Positions 61,055 through 64,000 of a DNA stretch of 64,000 nt are shown here, in pieces. Origin of the DNA: Spirochaetota bacterium (GTDB lineage: Bacteria > Spirochaetota > UBA4802 > UBA5550); contig JBNKTL010000022.1 in the NCBI GenBank assembly GCA_050298055.1, forward strand, positions 20,823 through 84,822, given 5' to 3'. Made by a program: the position numbers and the translations under genes. The first letter of the stretch is position 1. Every line of letters begins with the position of its first letter. The notes below the pieces were generated by a model that was not told where the DNA came from, did not search any database, and worked only from the letters and a program-made list of their open reading frames with translations.

Positions 61055-61088
61055 AAAAAAAGCCCTGATCCGTATCAGGGCTTTTTTT
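61055..61088. terminator. Bidirectional intrinsic terminator
   Basis: AAAAAAAGCCCTGAT-CCGT-ATCAGGGCTTTTTTT. Confidence 0.88.
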
Positions 61089-61114
61089 AAATTCCGGGCA
61101 GACTGAGACAATAA

Positions 61115-62125
61115 TTATATGCCGTTATAGGAAACTGTGAGAGTATATATCTTCATCTGGAGACCATCCAGGAAGTAGTTCTGGATGGGATTATTTCCCA
61201 GAATTCCGGTAATACTTGCAGAGACGGACCAGGATGATTCCCCTTTATATGTCAGGCTTATTCCCACATCATTATAAAAATCACCTCCCGCAAAGATCTC
61301 TTCCCTTGCCCCCACAGGATAGTAGGAGCTGGGACCATCGGGATTGTCCTGTGTCACAAGGGCTTCAATTTTGCTGTCTGCGATTGCCATGGATGAGATA
61401 TAATAAAATGAAAGATCTAAGGAATCGAAGAAACGGAACGCATAAGCTACGGCAAAGAACATGCCCGTACTGTTACCCTTTGCACTTATATCAAGGTAGG
61501 GTGTAAATGTATCTCCTGCAAGTGGAGTCACATTGCCCTCAATATTGTAACGCCTCATATAAAGCCCCGTGTAGATGGGAATGGAAAAGAATCCAAGGCA
61601 GCCGCTATTGGAGGCCCCCCGGAACAGGCCAAAAACATCGAAACCCACACCTACAATACCCGTGTAGGTGGAGACTTCCAGTTCACTCTCAAAGTGAGTC
61701 ATAATTTGCATACCGGCACCGTAATAATTTTCGATCCGTTCAAGGACCTCAACGGTACCGCTGGCCCTGAATGCCGAAAGAGAAGTAAAGCAACTTAAGA
61801 GGCTGTTAAAATCATAAGCGAATCCCATACCCAGTGATTTACCGGTAAAGTCCTTCGCATCGACCTTAAAATCATTAACCGGGCTCTCCTCCTCGAAAAG
61901 CCGCTCCGCCTCCACATAACTCGGTGTTACACGGACAGACCATGATCCCTCCTGGAATTGTGACCTGGGAGTAAAGGTCTGGTAGAGCAGGACATCGGAG
62001 ACCTTGGTGACGCCGCTCATTGTCTTTGTCAGGTCTGAAGTGAAAGCGTGTCCGGGAATACCGCAAAACAGTATCCCGCAGCAAAATAAACTAAGAAGAT
62101 AAAAGGGCCAGAGATTTTTTTTCAT
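61115..62125 (-). CDS. Exported hypothetical protein, possible outer-membrane beta-barrel
   Basis: Signal peptide and alternating aromatic/hydrophobic strands ending YTLTVSYNGI. Confidence 0.6.
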   Translation of the reverse strand: MKKNLWPFYLLSLFCCGILFCGIPGHAFTSDLTKTMSGVTKVSDVLLYQTFTPRSQFQEGSWSVRVTPSYVEAERLFEEESPVNDFKVDAKDFTGKSLGMGFAYDFNSLLSCFTSLSAFRASGTVEVLERIENYYGAGMQIMTHFESELEVSTYTGIVGVGFDVFGLFRGASNSGCLGFFSIPIYTGLYMRRYNIEGNVTPLAGDTFTPYLDISAKGNSTGMFFAVAYAFRFFDSLDLSFYYISSMAIADSKIEALVTQDNPDGPSSYYPVGAREEIFAGGDFYNDVGISLTYKGESSWSVSASITGILGNNPIQNYFLDGLQMKIYTLTVSYNGI

Positions 62126-62401
62126 ATATCATCATCCTTTAGGCAAGAGTAGTATTAATAAATGCTATTCTAAATAAATGATAAAAGTCAATAATTATTT
62201 AACAATAAAATAAATATATATATATGCATTTATAATGTTTATGCCAGGTATTTATTAAGATAAGTCATGTACTGGCCCCGGACCGATGTTACAGGGCAAA
62301 AGGAAGTGAGGTAAAAAATAATATCCTTGAATAAAAACCCCACCCGGTGTAACCTAACCGCTAAACTGAAACCATACCCATGCAGGAATAGAATAATAAA
62401 C

Positions 62402-63352
62402 ATGACCCTTTTCGATTTACCTTTATTAAATATACTGCTGAATACCTTTGTCCTACTCCTCTCCATTCTTTTTCTCTGGAAGGGCGCGGACAGCCTGGTT
62501 GATTCCGCAAGCAAGATCGCGGAGACATTCGGGATATCTGACCTTGTTATCGGGCTTACCGTTGTGGCTTTCGGGACCTCCGCGCCGGAATTCGCTGTAA
62601 CCATCGATGCCGCACTGAAACAGCGGGCGGATATCTCCGTGGGTAATATTGTGGGTTCCAATATCTTTAACCTCGGCTTTATCCTGGGCACAGTTGCCAT
62701 TATAAAAAGCATAGAGTCCACAAAAAAGCTGATATACAGGGACGGCCTCTTTATGATCTTCGTCACATTCCTCCTGCTGGCTTTTTTCTTTGATAACAGA
62801 CTGGAAAGACATGAGGGGATTATCCTTATGGGAATTCTTCTTTTCTACCTGGTCTTCCTCTTTATCAAAAAGGAACCACTGGACGAGGAAAGGATCGTCC
62901 ATGAACCGGCCACGGGGAAGGACTGGGTGATGCTCCCCTTAAGCATTGCCGCGGTTATCCTCGGGGGACATTACCTGGTAAGTTCCGCGAGTTTCCTTGC
63001 AAAGACCGCAGGTGTATCAGACTGGGTGATAGGAGTGACAATTGTTGCCGCGGGGACCTCTGCTCCGGAGATGGCAACATCCCTGGCTGCTGTTCTTAAG
63101 GGAAAGCATGGAATGTCCGCGGGAAACCTCATTGGAAGTGACCTCTTCAATATCCTGGGCGTGCTTGGCCTTGCGGGGACCCTTAATCCCATGGAGATCA
63201 ATCCCAATGCATACAGTTCCCTCCTGATGCTCAGCGGGATGGTCACACTTGTTATTGTTTTTCTTCGTACCGGATGGAGGCTTTCCCGGACTGAAGGGTT
63301 TATCCTCCTGGGGATTGGTATTGCACGGTGGATTGTGGATTTTATGAAGTAA
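62402..63352 (+). CDS. Calcium/sodium antiporter (CaCA, YrbG-like)
   Basis: Two alpha repeats: GLTVVAFGTSAPE...GNIVGSNIFN and GVTIVAAGTSAPE...GNLIGSDLFN. Confidence 0.95.
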   Translation: MTLFDLPLLNILLNTFVLLLSILFLWKGADSLVDSASKIAETFGISDLVIGLTVVAFGTSAPEFAVTIDAALKQRADISVGNIVGSNIFNLGFILGTVAIIKSIESTKKLIYRDGLFMIFVTFLLLAFFFDNRLERHEGIILMGILLFYLVFLFIKKEPLDEERIVHEPATGKDWVMLPLSIAAVILGGHYLVSSASFLAKTAGVSDWVIGVTIVAAGTSAPEMATSLAAVLKGKHGMSAGNLIGSDLFNILGVLGLAGTLNPMEINPNAYSSLLMLSGMVTLVIVFLRTGWRLSRTEGFILLGIGIARWIVDFMK

Positions 63353-63385
63353 TCCCATCTATATTCTTTCCATGAATTTAGAAAT

Positions 63386-63434
63386 AGGCTCTGACCCCCT
63401 CATTCACAATAAAATAAAAAAAAGGCTCTGACCC
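63386..63434. repeat. Duplicated AGGCTCTGACCC motif upstream of the transposase
   Basis: Direct copies at 63386-63397 and 63423-63434. Confidence 0.7.
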
Positions 63435-63506
63435 GATTTTTTTTTTAAATTTTCCACCTCTTATTCGTATATATAATAAACACTTATGAATAACGAGGAG
63501 GAAAAT

Positions 63507-64000
63507 ATGCCCAGACCATTACGAAACTTTGCACAGGGATGCACCCACCATATCTATAGCAGATGCCATGGGAAAAAAAATCTTTTACTCGGAAAATACG
63601 GAAAACAGTATTTCATTGAATCAATCAGGGAGTGCCAGGAAAAGTATGATTTTGAACTCATGGCAGCTGAAATTGTTGCCAACCATATACACCTTATTAT
63701 CAAAACAAAGCTGGATAAAGAGACAATTTCACGAATAATGCAGTATATCAAGGCCCGAATAGCCGAAAAATATAACAGGGCTATGAAACAGACAGGTGCT
63801 TTCTGGAATGAACGATTTGGTTCTTCTGTTATTGAAGAAGCAGGGAAACCTGAAGAATATCTTTTATGGCTTCTCTGGTATATTGGCTACAATCCGGTTC
63901 GAAAAAAATTATCAGGCAACCCTCGAAAGACCGATATCGGGTTTATAAACTGCTATTTAGATAAAAATCATATAAGCCCGATAAAAATTACCCTGCATTC
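63507..64000 (+). mobile_element. RAYT / IS200-like Y1 HUH transposase, 3'-truncated by the window edge
   Basis: GAGGAGG RBS. MPRPLR...HHIYSRC...NHIHLII (HUH)...GAFWNERF...YIGYNPVR. Open to base 64000 and absent from the ORF track. Confidence 0.9.

Overview
Gene-dense bacterial chromosomal window, most consistent with an anaerobic or facultative Spirochaetota lineage (inference from gene content, not confirmed). It begins with the end of an Hmc/NrfD-like membrane redox operon. Next is a selenoprotein island with three in-frame UGA codons, which the ORF track splits: a lipid-anchored Sec-peroxiredoxin coupled to a UxxC thioredoxin lipoprotein, divergent from a Tat-exported Sec-formate dehydrogenase operon (fdnG-fdnH-NrfD-type anchor, then fdhE). 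Housekeeping genes include ilvD, an S1 protein, greA, lgt, rpmE, rho, dapAB, thiESC, rsmE, aroH, aroA and tRNA-Ala(GGC). A ~9 kb co-oriented cluster at 24.5-33.8 kb consists largely of apparent pseudo-enzymes: a ParB-like protein, two membrane-anchored TPR+Mrr-like proteins and a cNMP-ParA-patatin fusion. Intergenic spaces hold nine dispersed copies (plus remnants) of a 120-142 bp MITE-like element with terminal inverted repeats and a GC-rich central hairpin, as well as several other palindromic repeat types. A RAYT/IS200-like HUH transposase is cut by the right edge. Four small ORFs (41-53 aa) missed by the track are proposed. All calls come from motif reading; no searches were run.
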